64,000 nt of DNA from a bacterium (GTDB lineage: Archaea; Thermoplasmatota; E2; JACPAO01; JAHFTW01): contig JAZJZE010000004.1 in assembly GCA_040390065.1 (NCBI GenBank), positions 64,001 to 128,000 of the forward strand, read 5' to 3'. The notes beneath the pieces are model-generated. The model was not told where the DNA came from, searched no databases, and saw only the letters and a list, made by a program, of their open reading frames with translations. Below, in pieces: positions 18,749 through 28,625 of this stretch (position 1 is the stretch's first letter; each line of letters begins with the position of its first letter). Both the position numbers and the translations under genes were made by a program.

Positions 18749-19397
18749 GGGGTTCCTCGGGCTGGCCTTCGCCAGGGAAGGGCCCGGCCGGCTCTGGATT
18801 GGGTGCGGCCGCGTCGCCAGCTTGCGGATATGTGAAGCCTCGGCTCGCCGAGTGCACGGAGGGCGTGAAGCGGTACTCGACCTTGCGGCGCACCGGTGCG
18901 GGCGGCTTCAGGTAGGCGTAGCACGTGGCCACGGTGAGCGTGACGAGAAGCAGCGTCGCGTTCAGGAGGTGCCACGTCGTCGCCCACGGCGGGTTGGCGG
19001 GCCGCACGAGGACGGTGATGGCGCCGAGCACCGCTTGGAACAGATACAGTCCCAGGGCGACGGCGGGCAGGACACGCATCGGCGTGGAGAAGTTGCGGCT
19101 CGCGGCGGCGACGATGGCAAACGCAAGGATGGGGATGAAGGCCACGCTGACGACGGCGCGGTGGGCCCACTCGTACAGTTCCTGCGATTCCGTGAAGGCG
19201 ATGGGGTTGCCGTTGTACGTGTCGCCGTTGTTCGCTGATGGGAAGGGCGGAAGCCACTTGCCGTAGCAGGCTGGCCAGTCCGGGCAGGCGGCGCCGGCGC
19301 CGTTGGCCTTCACCCAGGCGCCCAGGGTCATGAGGAGCACGACGAGGAGGACGCTCGCCAAGCCAAGTCGGCGCACCCACGTCACCCGGCGGTCCAT
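18738..19397 (-). CDS. ctaA: Heme A synthase, short 4-TM archaeal type
   Basis: GAACPDWPAC, EWAHR, Q..LG, WH. Confidence 0.88.
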   Translation of the reverse strand: MDRRVTWVRRLGLASVLLVVLLMTLGAWVKANGAGAACPDWPACYGKWLPPFPSANNGDTYNGNPIAFTESQELYEWAHRAVVSVAFIPILAFAIVAAASRNFSTPMRVLPAVALGLYLFQAVLGAITVLVRPANPPWATTWHLLNATLLLVTLTVATCYAYLKPPAPVRRKVEYRFTPSVHSASRGFTYPQAGDAAAPNPEPAGPFPGEGQPEEPHGR

Positions 19398-19450
19398 GGT
19401 TCCGGGACGCAGGATGGCTTCGATATGAAACTTGGGGAGCGGCGCTTGCC

Positions 19451-20458
19451 CTACGGTTGGCGCTGGAACGTCTGGTTCATGGCGGTCTCTGCGATGTCGA
19501 CGGCGTAGCCGCGCGTGCGGTCGATGGAGTCCGCGATGAGTGTCAGTGACCCGACGAGGTCCGGGTGCATCTGGCCAAGCAGGCTTGGGAACTTGGCACG
19601 CCATGCGGCGGCGGCCTCGCCCGCGTCGGCGGCACGGCTTGCTTGGTCGAAGTCGGGCTTCTTGAGCGAGGCGAAGGCGTCCTCCCAGATGCCGCGCACG
19701 ACGTCGGCTTGGGCGACGAGCGCCTCGAGGACGGGCTTTGGCGCTGCGCCCTTCCCCATGGCCAGCAGGTTGTTCGCAATCTTCGTCGCGTGATCGCCCA
19801 TGCGTTCGACGCTGCGGGCGGCGAGGAAGAGATTCAGCGCTTCGGCCGGCCGTACGTTGAGGTTGGCGGCCAGGCGGGGCTGTTCGAGGAGTGCGTGCAT
19901 CTGCTTGGAGACCATCCAGAGCAGTCTGTCGAGTTCGTCGTCGCGCTCCACGACGCTGCGGGCGGTGGCGGCGTCGCCGGCCTTGAGTGCGCCCACGGCG
20001 TCGTCGTACATGAGGCGGGCGATGCGGTGCATGCGCGTCAGCGTCTTGCGCAGGTCCATGTCGCTGACACCGACCAGGTCGTGCAGGGTGAGGCTTCCCG
20101 CGGATTCTTCGAGGATCTCCATGCCGATGAGCGCCCGGGTGACGTTGCGAACCTGCGTCTTGGTCTTGGCGTCCATCTTGGGGCCGGTCTTGACGACGAT
20201 TTCCTGCGCGCCGGCGAGGTAGGCCCCGACGAGGCGGCGCACGACGTCTTCGGGTGGCCCGCCCGGGGCGAGGTCGACGGCGATGGAGCGGCCGGCGGCT
20301 TTCGCTTCGCCGTGCGGAATCAGGAGGAGCGAGCCATCGGGTTCTTCGTGGATGGCGATGGGGTCGCTGCGGCCCAGGCGGTTGCGGTCAATCCACTTCT
20401 TGGGGAGGCTGACGACGTGCGTCGACCCGCCAGTGACCTGGATTTTCCGTAGTTCCAT
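19451..20458 (-). CDS. Archaeal phosphate uptake regulator (AbrB + PhoU domains)
   Basis: RKIQVTGGST..VSLPKKW; DDELDR, ERMGDH. Confidence 0.93.
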   Translation of the reverse strand: MELRKIQVTGGSTHVVSLPKKWIDRNRLGRSDPIAIHEEPDGSLLLIPHGEAKAAGRSIAVDLAPGGPPEDVVRRLVGAYLAGAQEIVVKTGPKMDAKTKTQVRNVTRALIGMEILEESAGSLTLHDLVGVSDMDLRKTLTRMHRIARLMYDDAVGALKAGDAATARSVVERDDELDRLLWMVSKQMHALLEQPRLAANLNVRPAEALNLFLAARSVERMGDHATKIANNLLAMGKGAAPKPVLEALVAQADVVRGIWEDAFASLKKPDFDQASRAADAGEAAAAWRAKFPSLLGQMHPDLVGSLTLIADSIDRTRGYAVDIAETAMNQTFQRQP

Positions 20459-20497
20459 GAGGTCTCATTCTCCTGAGGGGGAAAGAGGATTGGAACA

Positions 20498-20509
20498 GTG
20501 TCTATATAG
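20498..20509. promoter_or_regulatory. Candidate phosphate operator copy 1 (GTGTCTATATAG)
   Basis: 10/12 match to GTTTCTCTATAG at 21831 and 23171; upstream of the AbrB-PhoU gene. Confidence 0.4.
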
Positions 20510-20573
20510 AATATAGTGATGCTGGGGGCTTCGAAGAAGAGGAGGGGAGAAGGGGAAAGGGAACGGGGCCGCC

Positions 20574-21770
20574 CTAGACCGTAATCATCGACAAGGCCCG
20601 GTCGCCGATGGCCACAACCTTCGCCGGCAACGGCGCGTAGCCGAGAGCCTGCGGGTAGTCGACCTGGCCGTCGTGCAGGTCCCAGTACAGCCAAGCCTTG
20701 AGGCCGTTCAGCTGGTCCGCCGTCGCCTTGCCGCCGTAGGAGGCGAGGCTGCTGTAGACCAAGATGTAGCTGAAGCTCGAGATTGGGTAGGCGCCGTCTG
20801 CCGGCGAGTTCACGATGCTGACCGCCGACCAGTCGCCGTCGGGCGCCGGAAGGGAGTCCGCCGCAGCCTCGGCGGCCTTGGACGCGCCCTCGGCCGTGGG
20901 CCCGACCCACTGGCCCTTGCTGTTCTGCAGCGTCGCGGCCTTGAGGCTCAGCTTCTGCACGTAGGCGAGGTCCACGTAGCCGATGCTGTTGCTCGTGGAC
21001 TTGACGGTCGAGCCGACGCCGTCGTTGCCGGCCTGGCCGCCGACTTGGTAGGCCGTGCTCTTTCCGGTCCAGTCCGGTTTGGACGAGGCCGACGGGCTCA
21101 CCTTGTTGGCAAACGCCGGCGACATCTTCGCCAAGGCGTCCGTGAAGGCGAAGGTCGTGCCGCTCGAGTCGCTGCGGTAGACGATGCCGATCGTCGCCGA
21201 CGGCAGAAGCGATGCCACATCGGGGTTGAGGGTCTTGATCGCGTTGTCATCCCACTTGCCGATGTTGCCGGCGAAGATTTGGCCCACGACGTCGACTGTG
21301 AGGTGGACCCCGTTGGGCAGGCCGTCCACGTTGTAGACGACGGCCACCGGACCAATCGTGTCCGGGAAGTGCAGGATGCCCGGCGCGTTGGCCTTCTCCG
21401 TCGCGCTCATCGGGGCATCGCTACCTGCGAACTGCACGAGCTTGGCCGTGATGTCGGCGCGACCCTTGCCGGAGCCGCCGCCGTTGTAGCCGACTTGGAC
21501 GGACGAGTGCTCCTGGTTGAAGCCGATGGCCCAAGCGTCGATGATGGGCTTGGGGAATGTGGCGCCCGAGCCGGTGATCGAGGTCTGGCTCGACGGGATC
21601 GGGTACGGGTTGGTGCTTGGCGCGGGCGGCGGAGGCGGCGGCGCGACCGGCGTGTTCGGGTGCGTCGTCGTCTCGGATGGCGTCGTGCTGGAGGTAGTGG
21701 TTGTGCCAGAGCAGCCGGCCAGCAGGAGGCCGGCGATGGCAAGCAGGGCGATGAGGTGGTTGGTCTTCAT
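20574..21770 (-). CDS. pstS: Phosphate ABC transporter substrate-binding lipoprotein
   Basis: LAGC lipobox; GSGATFP, GSGKG, FAGSDAP, RSDSSGTT, YPI. Confidence 0.96.
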   Translation of the reverse strand: MKTNHLIALLAIAGLLLAGCSGTTTTSSTTPSETTTHPNTPVAPPPPPPAPSTNPYPIPSSQTSITGSGATFPKPIIDAWAIGFNQEHSSVQVGYNGGGSGKGRADITAKLVQFAGSDAPMSATEKANAPGILHFPDTIGPVAVVYNVDGLPNGVHLTVDVVGQIFAGNIGKWDDNAIKTLNPDVASLLPSATIGIVYRSDSSGTTFAFTDALAKMSPAFANKVSPSASSKPDWTGKSTAYQVGGQAGNDGVGSTVKSTSNSIGYVDLAYVQKLSLKAATLQNSKGQWVGPTAEGASKAAEAAADSLPAPDGDWSAVSIVNSPADGAYPISSFSYILVYSSLASYGGKATADQLNGLKAWLYWDLHDGQVDYPQALGYAPLPAKVVAIGDRALSMITV

Positions 21771-21830
21771 GGGTTTCCTCGGGTGCGATTTGGGCTTCGA
21801 TTCATTTCATGGCGACGCGTGTAGACTCTG

Positions 21831-21842
21831 GTTTCTCTATAG
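21831..21842. promoter_or_regulatory. Candidate phosphate operator copy 2 (GTTTCTCTATAG)
   Basis: Exact 12-mer shared with 23171-23182; upstream of pstS. Confidence 0.45.
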
Positions 21843-21844
21843 TC

Positions 21845-23083
21845 TCACATCCGGCGGCGCAGCAGCAGGGCCACGACGCAGAGGGCGCCGACGAGGACGA
21901 CGGGGTCCAGGGCCGGAGTGCGGGCCAGCACCGGTTGGGCGGCCGCCGTGTGCGGGGCGTCCGACTTCGCTTCGAGGGCATCGATGCGAGCCTGCAGGGT
22001 CGCGATGGTCGCCGCCGTGTCGGGGCCAGCCACGTTCGCCAGGCCAGCGGGGGCGTCCGCCGGCTTCACCGAGACGACTTGGAACACGTCGTTGACGGCG
22101 AGTTCGACGCTGCCCGAGATGTCGGCGGGGATGGTGAACGAGACCAGCACGTTTGCCTTGTCGGTCGGCGACAGAAGCGGCGTCAGGCGCGCATCGACGA
22201 TGCGGTCGGCGATCTTCGTCACCAGGAGGCCGACGCCCATCCAGGCGCCGTTGTTCTGCACGGGCACGATGATGGAGACCTGCTGTCCGGCCTGCATCAT
22301 GGCCGCGTTGCCGAGGGTGATGCCCAGGGCCACGACGTTCGGCTGCAGCGACGCCGCGTTGCTGAGGCGGATGCTGTTGACGGGGATGGCGGTGTTCTTC
22401 GTGACGGCGCCGTTGGCCGGGGCCGCGGCGGCCGGGACGAGGTACCAGATCTTGTCGTCGCGCTGCACGAGGGTCATCGTGACGGTCTTGGCCTGCGCGC
22501 TCGAGGTCACCGCGTCTGCGTCGCTGGGCTTGACGAAGGTGCCGCCGATGCCGCCGTTGGTGGGCGAGATGCGCAGCGTCCAGTCGCCCGCGACCACCGG
22601 CAGGAGGGTCGTGCCGGCGAAGTTCTTGGCGTAGACCGCTTCGCCCTTGCCGAACGAGCCGCTTGCGTCCGCGTCTGCGTAGACGAAGGTCACCGGGCCC
22701 GTGACTGCGATGGCGTTGACGGCGGGGGAGACGAGCTTGTCCGCACTGTCCACAAGGCTGCCGGCCATCTTGCCGATGGCGTCGCAGCTGCTGGCGTGGA
22801 GGTCGGCCAGTTGGATGCCGGCCGTGCCGGAGGTATCGAAGACGACGCAATCGGCCTGGGGGTTGCCCGAGCCGTCCAGGTTCACCATCGAGTAGGTGAC
22901 GGCGATGGCGTCCTTCTTCGTGAGGGGGGCGTAGTCGAAGTCGCCCGCGCGCACTTGCGTGCCGAAGGGGCCGACCTGGACCTGCGCGGTTGCGGGCCCT
23001 GCGAGGATGGAGGAAGCGAGGAGGAGTGCGGCACATGCCATGAGGATGGGGGCCGTTGTTCGGGGTGCGGGCGTGGATTGCAT
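21845..23083 (-). CDS. Secreted surface protein with C-terminal sorting signal, inside the pst cluster
   Basis: Signal peptide; Dx[DN]xDG-like loops (NLDGSG, DADASG); ends TPALDPVVLVGALCVVALLLRRRM. Confidence 0.75.
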   Translation of the reverse strand: MQSTPAPRTTAPILMACAALLLASSILAGPATAQVQVGPFGTQVRAGDFDYAPLTKKDAIAVTYSMVNLDGSGNPQADCVVFDTSGTAGIQLADLHASSCDAIGKMAGSLVDSADKLVSPAVNAIAVTGPVTFVYADADASGSFGKGEAVYAKNFAGTTLLPVVAGDWTLRISPTNGGIGGTFVKPSDADAVTSSAQAKTVTMTLVQRDDKIWYLVPAAAAPANGAVTKNTAIPVNSIRLSNAASLQPNVVALGITLGNAAMMQAGQQVSIIVPVQNNGAWMGVGLLVTKIADRIVDARLTPLLSPTDKANVLVSFTIPADISGSVELAVNDVFQVVSVKPADAPAGLANVAGPDTAATIATLQARIDALEAKSDAPHTAAAQPVLARTPALDPVVLVGALCVVALLLRRRM

Positions 23084-23170
23084 GTCGTTCCCGAGCCGAC
23101 CAGCGAGACGGGGTCCATCATGGTTCTCGACAGAGACTGCGGAATTGTCGGTGAACAACGCCACAATCTT

Positions 23171-23182
23171 GTTTCTCTATAG
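23171..23182. promoter_or_regulatory. Candidate phosphate operator copy 3 (GTTTCTCTATAG)
   Basis: In the divergent intergenic region upstream of pstB and the 21845-23083 gene. Confidence 0.45.
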
Positions 23183-23191
23183 GCAACCTAG

Positions 23192-23977
23192 TTGTCTCGG
23201 GCGGAGGTCGCGCGCATCGTGCAGGCGAGGTCCATCCACGTGCAAGGGTTGAACCTGCACTACGGCAAGACCCACGCCTTGAAATCCGTCAGCCTGGACA
23301 TCCCGGAACGCCAGGTCACGGCCGTCATCGGGCCGTCCGGCTGCGGCAAGTCGACGTTCCTGCGCACCCTCAACCGCATGAACGACACCATCCCCGGCGT
23401 GCGCGTCGAGGGCGACGTGCGCATCGGCGAGCGCAGCCTCTACGGCAACGGCGTCGACGTGGTCGAACTGCGCCGCGACGTCGGCATGGTGTTCCAGAAG
23501 CCCAACCCGTTCCCGACGTCGATTCGCAACAACGTCCTCTTCGGGCCGCGTCTGCATCGGCGCCTCAGTGCCAGCGAGAAGGACGAACTGGTCGAGTCCG
23601 CACTCCGACACGCCGCCCTGTGGGACGAGGTGCGCGACCGTCTGGACAAGGATGCGACCATGCTCTCCGGCGGCCAGCAGCAACGCCTCTGCATCGCCCG
23701 CGCCTTGGCCGTGGAACCCGGCGTCCTGCTGATGGACGAGCCTGCCTCGGCCCTCGACCCGCTGGCCACGGCCAAGATCGAGGACCTCATCCGCGACCTG
23801 CGGCGCGAACTCACCGTCGTCATCGTCACGCACAACATGCAGCAGGCGGCGCGCGTGTCCGACCACACGGCGTTCTTCTACATGGGCGAACTCGTCGAAT
23901 ACGGCGCCACGAAGCAGATCTTCGAGAATCCCGCCAACAAGCGCACGGAAGACTACGTGACAGGACGGTTCGGATGA
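23192..23977 (+). CDS. pstB: Phosphate ABC transporter ATPase
   Basis: [41 protein letters not shown]. Confidence 0.97.
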   Translation: MSRAEVARIVQARSIHVQGLNLHYGKTHALKSVSLDIPERQVTAVIGPSGCGKSTFLRTLNRMNDTIPGVRVEGDVRIGERSLYGNGVDVVELRRDVGMVFQKPNPFPTSIRNNVLFGPRLHRRLSASEKDELVESALRHAALWDEVRDRLDKDATMLSGGQQQRLCIARALAVEPGVLLMDEPASALDPLATAKIEDLIRDLRRELTVVIVTHNMQQAARVSDHTAFFYMGELVEYGATKQIFENPANKRTEDYVTGRFG

Positions 23978-24624
23978 CCCGCGAATTCCATTCCAGGCTC
24001 GAAGAGATTGAAGGCCGCGTCGTCGCCATGGCGGCGCTGGCCAAGGAGAACGTCAGGCAAGGCGTCGAGGCCCTCATGAGCCTGGACGAGCAGCGCGCCA
24101 ACGAGGTGCGCCACCGCGGCGAGCAGCTCAACCGCATGGACGTCGAACTGGAGCGCGACCTGCTCGACCTCCTGGCGCTGCACCAGCCCGTGGCGAAGGA
24201 CTTGCGGGCCATTGGGGCCAGCCTGAAGATCATCACCTACCTCGACCGGATTGGTCGCTACGGCTACGACATCGCCAACGCCGCCTTGGCGCTCAAGGAC
24301 AAGGAGCCGGTGCGCCGGCCGCCGACCTTCCCCCTCATGGCTGACCGCGCCACGGCGATGCTGGACCAAGCCATGCAGGCGTACCGCGAACACGACGCGA
24401 CCAAGGCCCGCCTGGTGCGGCCGCAGGACGAGGAGGTCGACGCCCTGGACGACCAGATCTTCCGCCAGTGCGTCACCTACATGATGGAGGACGCCCGCGC
24501 CATCGGGGCCTGTTCGCACTTCATCCTCGTATCGCGGCACCTCGAGCGCGTCGGCGACAACGCATGCAAGATCGCCGAGAAGGTCCTGTACATGGTCACA
24601 GGCGAGCGCCGCCTGCAGGTGTAG
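23974..24624 (+). CDS. phoU: Phosphate signalling protein PhoU
   Basis: [24 protein letters not shown]...IAE. Confidence 0.95.
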   Translation: MTREFHSRLEEIEGRVVAMAALAKENVRQGVEALMSLDEQRANEVRHRGEQLNRMDVELERDLLDLLALHQPVAKDLRAIGASLKIITYLDRIGRYGYDIANAALALKDKEPVRRPPTFPLMADRATAMLDQAMQAYREHDATKARLVRPQDEEVDALDDQIFRQCVTYMMEDARAIGACSHFILVSRHLERVGDNACKIAEKVLYMVTGERRLQV

Positions 24625-24625
24625 A

Positions 24626-25537
24626 ATGTCCGAGGCGAGCGACCGGCCGGCCGCCCGCCTGCGGCTGCGATGGAGAGGCTCCGACCGTCTCTTTGGGGTC
24701 ACCACCGCGACGTTCGCCCTCGCCGTCGCCGCGGTCTTCGCGGTCATGGTCGTCATGCTCGCGCAGCGGTCTTCGGCGGCTTGGCACGCCTTCGGCCCGT
24801 CGTTCTTGTGGCAGACCGGCACGTACACGTCCGAGAGCGACATCTTCCACGGCGCCCGGCCGTACCTCTACGGCACGCTGGTCACGAGCCTTCTGGCCCT
24901 GGTCTTTGCCGTCCCCGTCGCCGTCGGCACGGCCGTCGCGCTGGTGGAACTCATGCCGCGCTGGTTGGCGCAGCCTGTCGGCCTGTTCATCGAGCTGCTT
25001 GCCGCGGTGCCCTCCATCATCTTCGGCATCTGGGGCGTGGCCGTGATCGTCCCCTTCGTGCACAGCCTGAACCCGACGCTGACCGGGCAATCGCTGCTGA
25101 GCGCCGCCCTCGTGCTGGCCATCATGGTGCTCCCCATCATGACAGCCGTGACGCGCGACATGCTCAAGGCGGTGCCACGCGCACAGAGGGAAGCGGCCCT
25201 CGCGCTCGGCGCGACGCCGTGGGAAGTGACCTGGCGTATCGTGCTGCCCAACGCGCGCTCCGGCATCACGGCGGCCGCAATCCTCGGGCTTGGCCGGGCC
25301 ACCGGGGAAACCATGGCGGTCATCATGGTCATCGGCTTCAAACCGGAGATCTACACCGACCTGTTCCAAGGCGGTGCCACGATGGCCAGTGTCATCGCAA
25401 GCGACTTCGGCGAAGCCCACGCCCTGCAGAAGTCGGCTCTCATCGAGATTGGCGTCCTGATGCTGGTCGTGAGTCTGGTCCTGAGCGTGTCGGCCCGCCT
25501 CGTGGTACGCCGCCTCGGCCGGAGGATGTCGGCATGA
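24626..25537 (+). CDS. pstC: Phosphate ABC transporter permease
   Basis: ELLAAVPSIIFGIWG, EAALALGAT, GRATGETMAV. Confidence 0.95.
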   Translation: MSEASDRPAARLRLRWRGSDRLFGVTTATFALAVAAVFAVMVVMLAQRSSAAWHAFGPSFLWQTGTYTSESDIFHGARPYLYGTLVTSLLALVFAVPVAVGTAVALVELMPRWLAQPVGLFIELLAAVPSIIFGIWGVAVIVPFVHSLNPTLTGQSLLSAALVLAIMVLPIMTAVTRDMLKAVPRAQREAALALGATPWEVTWRIVLPNARSGITAAAILGLGRATGETMAVIMVIGFKPEIYTDLFQGGATMASVIASDFGEAHALQKSALIEIGVLMLVVSLVLSVSARLVVRRLGRRMSA

Positions 25538-26418
25538 ACCGCCTCGCCCGCCGCAAACTGACAAGCCGCGTCGCTGCCGGCGTCTGCATCCTCTTCGCGT
25601 TCGCGGCACTCTATCCACTCTACTCCGTCCTCTCCATCGTGGTCTCCAACGGTTGGCGCCACGTCAACTGGGAGTTCCTGACGACGGTGCGCAGCGGGCA
25701 CATCGTGAAGAGCCCGGGTTCGATCGCCTTCGTCACGACGGGCGGCATCCAGCACGCCATCGTCGGCACGGGACTCGTCGTCGGCATCGGCACGCTCCTC
25801 GGAGCGCCGCTTGGCATCCTGGCGGGCATCCACCTCGCCGAGGCGCGGCCGTCGCGGTTGACGGCGACTGTCCGCGTGGCTGCCGACGCGATGGCGGGCA
25901 TCCCCAGCATCGTCGCGGGCCTGTTCGGCTTCGCCCTGATCGTGGCCACGGCCCCGAACATCTTCACGCACGACGGCTACAGTGCCTGGGCCGGCGGCGT
26001 CGCCTTGGCGGTCCTCATGGTGCCGACCGTGACGCGGACGACCGAAGAGGCTCTGCGCACGGTGCCGCAATCCCTGCGCGAGGCGTCGCTTGCCTTGGGG
26101 GCACCAGGCTGGTACACCATCATCCGGGTCGTGCTCCCGGCCGCTTGGGGTGCCGTCACGACTGGCCTCCTCCTTGGAGTGGCGCGCATCGCCGGCGAAA
26201 CCGCGCCCCTCCTCCTCACGGCCGGCACGAGCGGCAGTTTCCTGCAGACGGACCCGTCCAAGCCGGTGACCACCCTGCCCTTCGTCATCTACGACTACTA
26301 CAAGCAGCGCGGCGACTTGGAAGGCCCTGCGTGGGGCGCCGCGTTGGTGCTCATCTCCATGATCCTGGTGCTGAACCTGACGGTGCGGCTCTTGTCGCGC
26401 CGGCGCCTGCCCGTCTAG
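25534..26418 (+). CDS. pstA: Phosphate ABC transporter permease
   Basis: GIPSIVAGLFG, REASLALGA, ARIAGETAPLL. Confidence 0.95.
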   Translation: MNRLARRKLTSRVAAGVCILFAFAALYPLYSVLSIVVSNGWRHVNWEFLTTVRSGHIVKSPGSIAFVTTGGIQHAIVGTGLVVGIGTLLGAPLGILAGIHLAEARPSRLTATVRVAADAMAGIPSIVAGLFGFALIVATAPNIFTHDGYSAWAGGVALAVLMVPTVTRTTEEALRTVPQSLREASLALGAPGWYTIIRVVLPAAWGAVTTGLLLGVARIAGETAPLLLTAGTSGSFLQTDPSKPVTTLPFVIYDYYKQRGDLEGPAWGAALVLISMILVLNLTVRLLSRRRLPV

Positions 26419-27626
26419 ACTTCATCCGCAGGGGCAGGGCCAGCCAATCCCGGACTCGTCGGGCGCAGGCTCCACGCCACCATCGCCGCCGCGACGAGCG
26501 CCACGGCCCCCAGGACCACGAAGGTGTCCAAGAAATCGGACCGCGATTTGAAGAAGCCCGCGGCCACGGCGCCCGCCCAGCCGCCAAGGTACGCCACGAC
26601 CAACTGGATGCCGTGGCCGAGTCCACCGCTGCGCCCGGCGAGGCGACTCACCTGGCTCGGAAGGACCGCCGACAGGACGGCGTGCGCCGCGAAGAAGACG
26701 CAGCCGGCGACGGCCACGACCCAGAACGAGGACTCCAGCCGGAACAGGGGCGCTGCGACCGCCAACGCGACGAGGGCCACGAGGATGGGTTGCCACGCGG
26801 CTCCACTGCGGTCGACGGCCCGGCTGGCAAGCCCCATCACCGCGAATGCCACGAGCAGGACGATGGCCAGCGTTCCGTCGCCGATGTGGACGAGGACGTC
26901 CTGCTGGAAGTCGAACATCGTGGCGCGCATGGCGTAGTTGATGGTGAAGCCGGCGAGGGCCAAGCCGAGGACGGGCAGGCCCAGGCTGCGGCGCGGCTCG
27001 GCGAGGCCGGGAATCGGCGGGGGCAGTGGGCGCAGCAGGATGGGCAGGCTGGCGAGGGCGCCGAGGGCGGCGGTGATCCAGAAGAGCGATGCAAACGGCA
27101 TGAGCCCCGGGTGCGCCGTGCTGCCGACGAGAAGGGGGCCAATCACGAACCCGAGGAACACGCCAATCCCTGCCGGGACGCCGACCATCGCCATCGCCAT
27201 GGTGCGACGCTCGGCGGGAACGGTCTCGCCCACGGCAGCCATCGCCGAACTCGACACTCCGCCGAGGCCTTGCAGAAGCTGCGCGGCAATCAGCGGCCAA
27301 ATGCTGTGGGCCATGGCGCTTGCCGCGGCGCCCGCGACGAAGACGAATGTTCCCGCGAGCAGGACGGGCCGGCGGCCGACGCGATCCGACAGGACCCCGG
27401 TGATGAGTTGTGCAAGGGCCATCGTCACGGCGTAGGCGCCAAAGGCGATGCCGGCCAACACGTCCGCCGACGCCGCCGACGTGCCCGCCGGGACGAGCGT
27501 CTTTGCGTACTCGGTGAAGCCGAGGGTCGTCAAACTGAACGCGAAGACGCGCGTGAACACGATCGCGCTAGCCGTCGCCACGAGCCCAAGCTCCGCCTTG
27601 GTAAAACGGCTTCGCGGCGCAGCCAC
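26415..27626 (-). CDS. MFS transporter
   Basis: G.LSDRVGRRPV motif A; about 12 TM segments. Confidence 0.9.
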   Translation of the reverse strand: MAAPRSRFTKAELGLVATASAIVFTRVFAFSLTTLGFTEYAKTLVPAGTSAASADVLAGIAFGAYAVTMALAQLITGVLSDRVGRRPVLLAGTFVFVAGAAASAMAHSIWPLIAAQLLQGLGGVSSSAMAAVGETVPAERRTMAMAMVGVPAGIGVFLGFVIGPLLVGSTAHPGLMPFASLFWITAALGALASLPILLRPLPPPIPGLAEPRRSLGLPVLGLALAGFTINYAMRATMFDFQQDVLVHIGDGTLAIVLLVAFAVMGLASRAVDRSGAAWQPILVALVALAVAAPLFRLESSFWVVAVAGCVFFAAHAVLSAVLPSQVSRLAGRSGGLGHGIQLVVAYLGGWAGAVAAGFFKSRSDFLDTFVVLGAVALVAAAMVAWSLRPTSPGLAGPAPADEV

Positions 27627-27698
27627 GACGCCCCCTGCCTCCTCCCGGCCAAAAGGGTTGCGTCATCCACTCAAATACGGCGGGCCTGATGGACCGGC

Positions 27699-28478
27699 AT
27701 GGGTCAGATGCGGTTGCGTCCGGGCGATTGGCTGATGGTTCTCCTGCCAGTGCCGTTCTACGTCCTCCTTTCGAGTTGGATCGGCCTCACGGGCAAGCCG
27801 TCGTTTCCCTGGGAGAAGGGAGCCGCATCGTTCTTCGGGTCCGTGTGGCAAGCCAACATCGGCGCCGACGTCCTCTTTGCCCTAGGCAGCGCCGGCGTGT
27901 GCTTCGGTTCGCTCTTCGCCGTCGCCTACGCTTGCCGCCGCATGCCGCCCGGGTGGCCCGGCTTCGTAGCGGCCGGCGCCGCGGGCCTCTCCATCCTTCT
28001 GAACTGGCTCGTCTACGGCCTGAGTTTCATGGCGATGTTTCCCGACTGGTGGCAGAAGAACATCAGCTTCGGCGACGGGGGCAACGGCATGAACTTCCCC
28101 GATTCCATGCGCTTCGTCTGGGACTGGGCATGGCCGACCCTCGTGTTCTTCTCCCTCGTCATCCCGCTCGTGTTCTGGGGCATCCTGGAACTGGTCAACG
28201 CGTCGAGACGCAAGGCGGGGACACCCCCAGGATGGACGCCGGCACCCCCGGGGCCCCCTTACGCCTCGCGCCCCACGCCGACATGGCCACCCGCCCCCGC
28301 ACAACCCGCGCAACGCCCCGCGGCACCCTGGCCCCAACCGACACGCGCCCCCGCCCCCCCGCGTGCGCCCATGAAGCCAACCCAACCCGGGCGTATGCCT
28401 CCACCGCAAGCTCCGCGGCCACCGCTGCGCCCACCGGGGAGCCCGCCCAGGGCGGGGCCGCCGCAACGAAAGGCGTAG
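27699..28478 (+). CDS. Membrane protein with Pro-rich C-terminal tail
   Basis: About 4 TM segments then P/A/R/Q-rich tail; last base of the stop codon is the first base of the transposon TSD. Confidence 0.65.
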   Translation: MGQMRLRPGDWLMVLLPVPFYVLLSSWIGLTGKPSFPWEKGAASFFGSVWQANIGADVLFALGSAGVCFGSLFAVAYACRRMPPGWPGFVAAGAAGLSILLNWLVYGLSFMAMFPDWWQKNISFGDGGNGMNFPDSMRFVWDWAWPTLVFFSLVIPLVFWGILELVNASRRKAGTPPGWTPAPPGPPYASRPTPTWPPAPAQPAQRPAAPWPQPTRAPAPPRAPMKPTQPGRMPPPQAPRPPLRPPGSPPRAGPPQRKA

Positions 28479-28513
28479 GGGCCACCGGTTGCTTCCCGTA
28501 AATCAGGGGGTGT

Positions 28514-28548
28514 GCCGTAATGCTGGTTCAGCAGGCCGTAATGCTGGT
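28514..28548 (+). repeat. Subterminal direct repeats GCCGTAATGCTGGT x2 (21-bp period)
   Basis: Copies at 28514-28527 and 28535-28548; inverted copy ACCAGCATTACGG at 41042-41054. Confidence 0.85.
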
Positions 28549-28625
28549 GGGAAGGCAGCTGCGGGCACGCATGGCATGCGTCCACGTAAGATGCTCAAAG
28601 TTGGGCGCCGGAAGGGGTCTGGCAC

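Noticed and set aside
18738-19397. Apparently truncated heme A synthase
   Set aside because: Half-size 4-TM CtaA is an established archaeal form, so neither a pseudogene nor novel.
28210-28478. C-rich low-complexity tract as a DNA repeat element
   Set aside because: Explained by the Pro-rich coding tail of 27699-28478.
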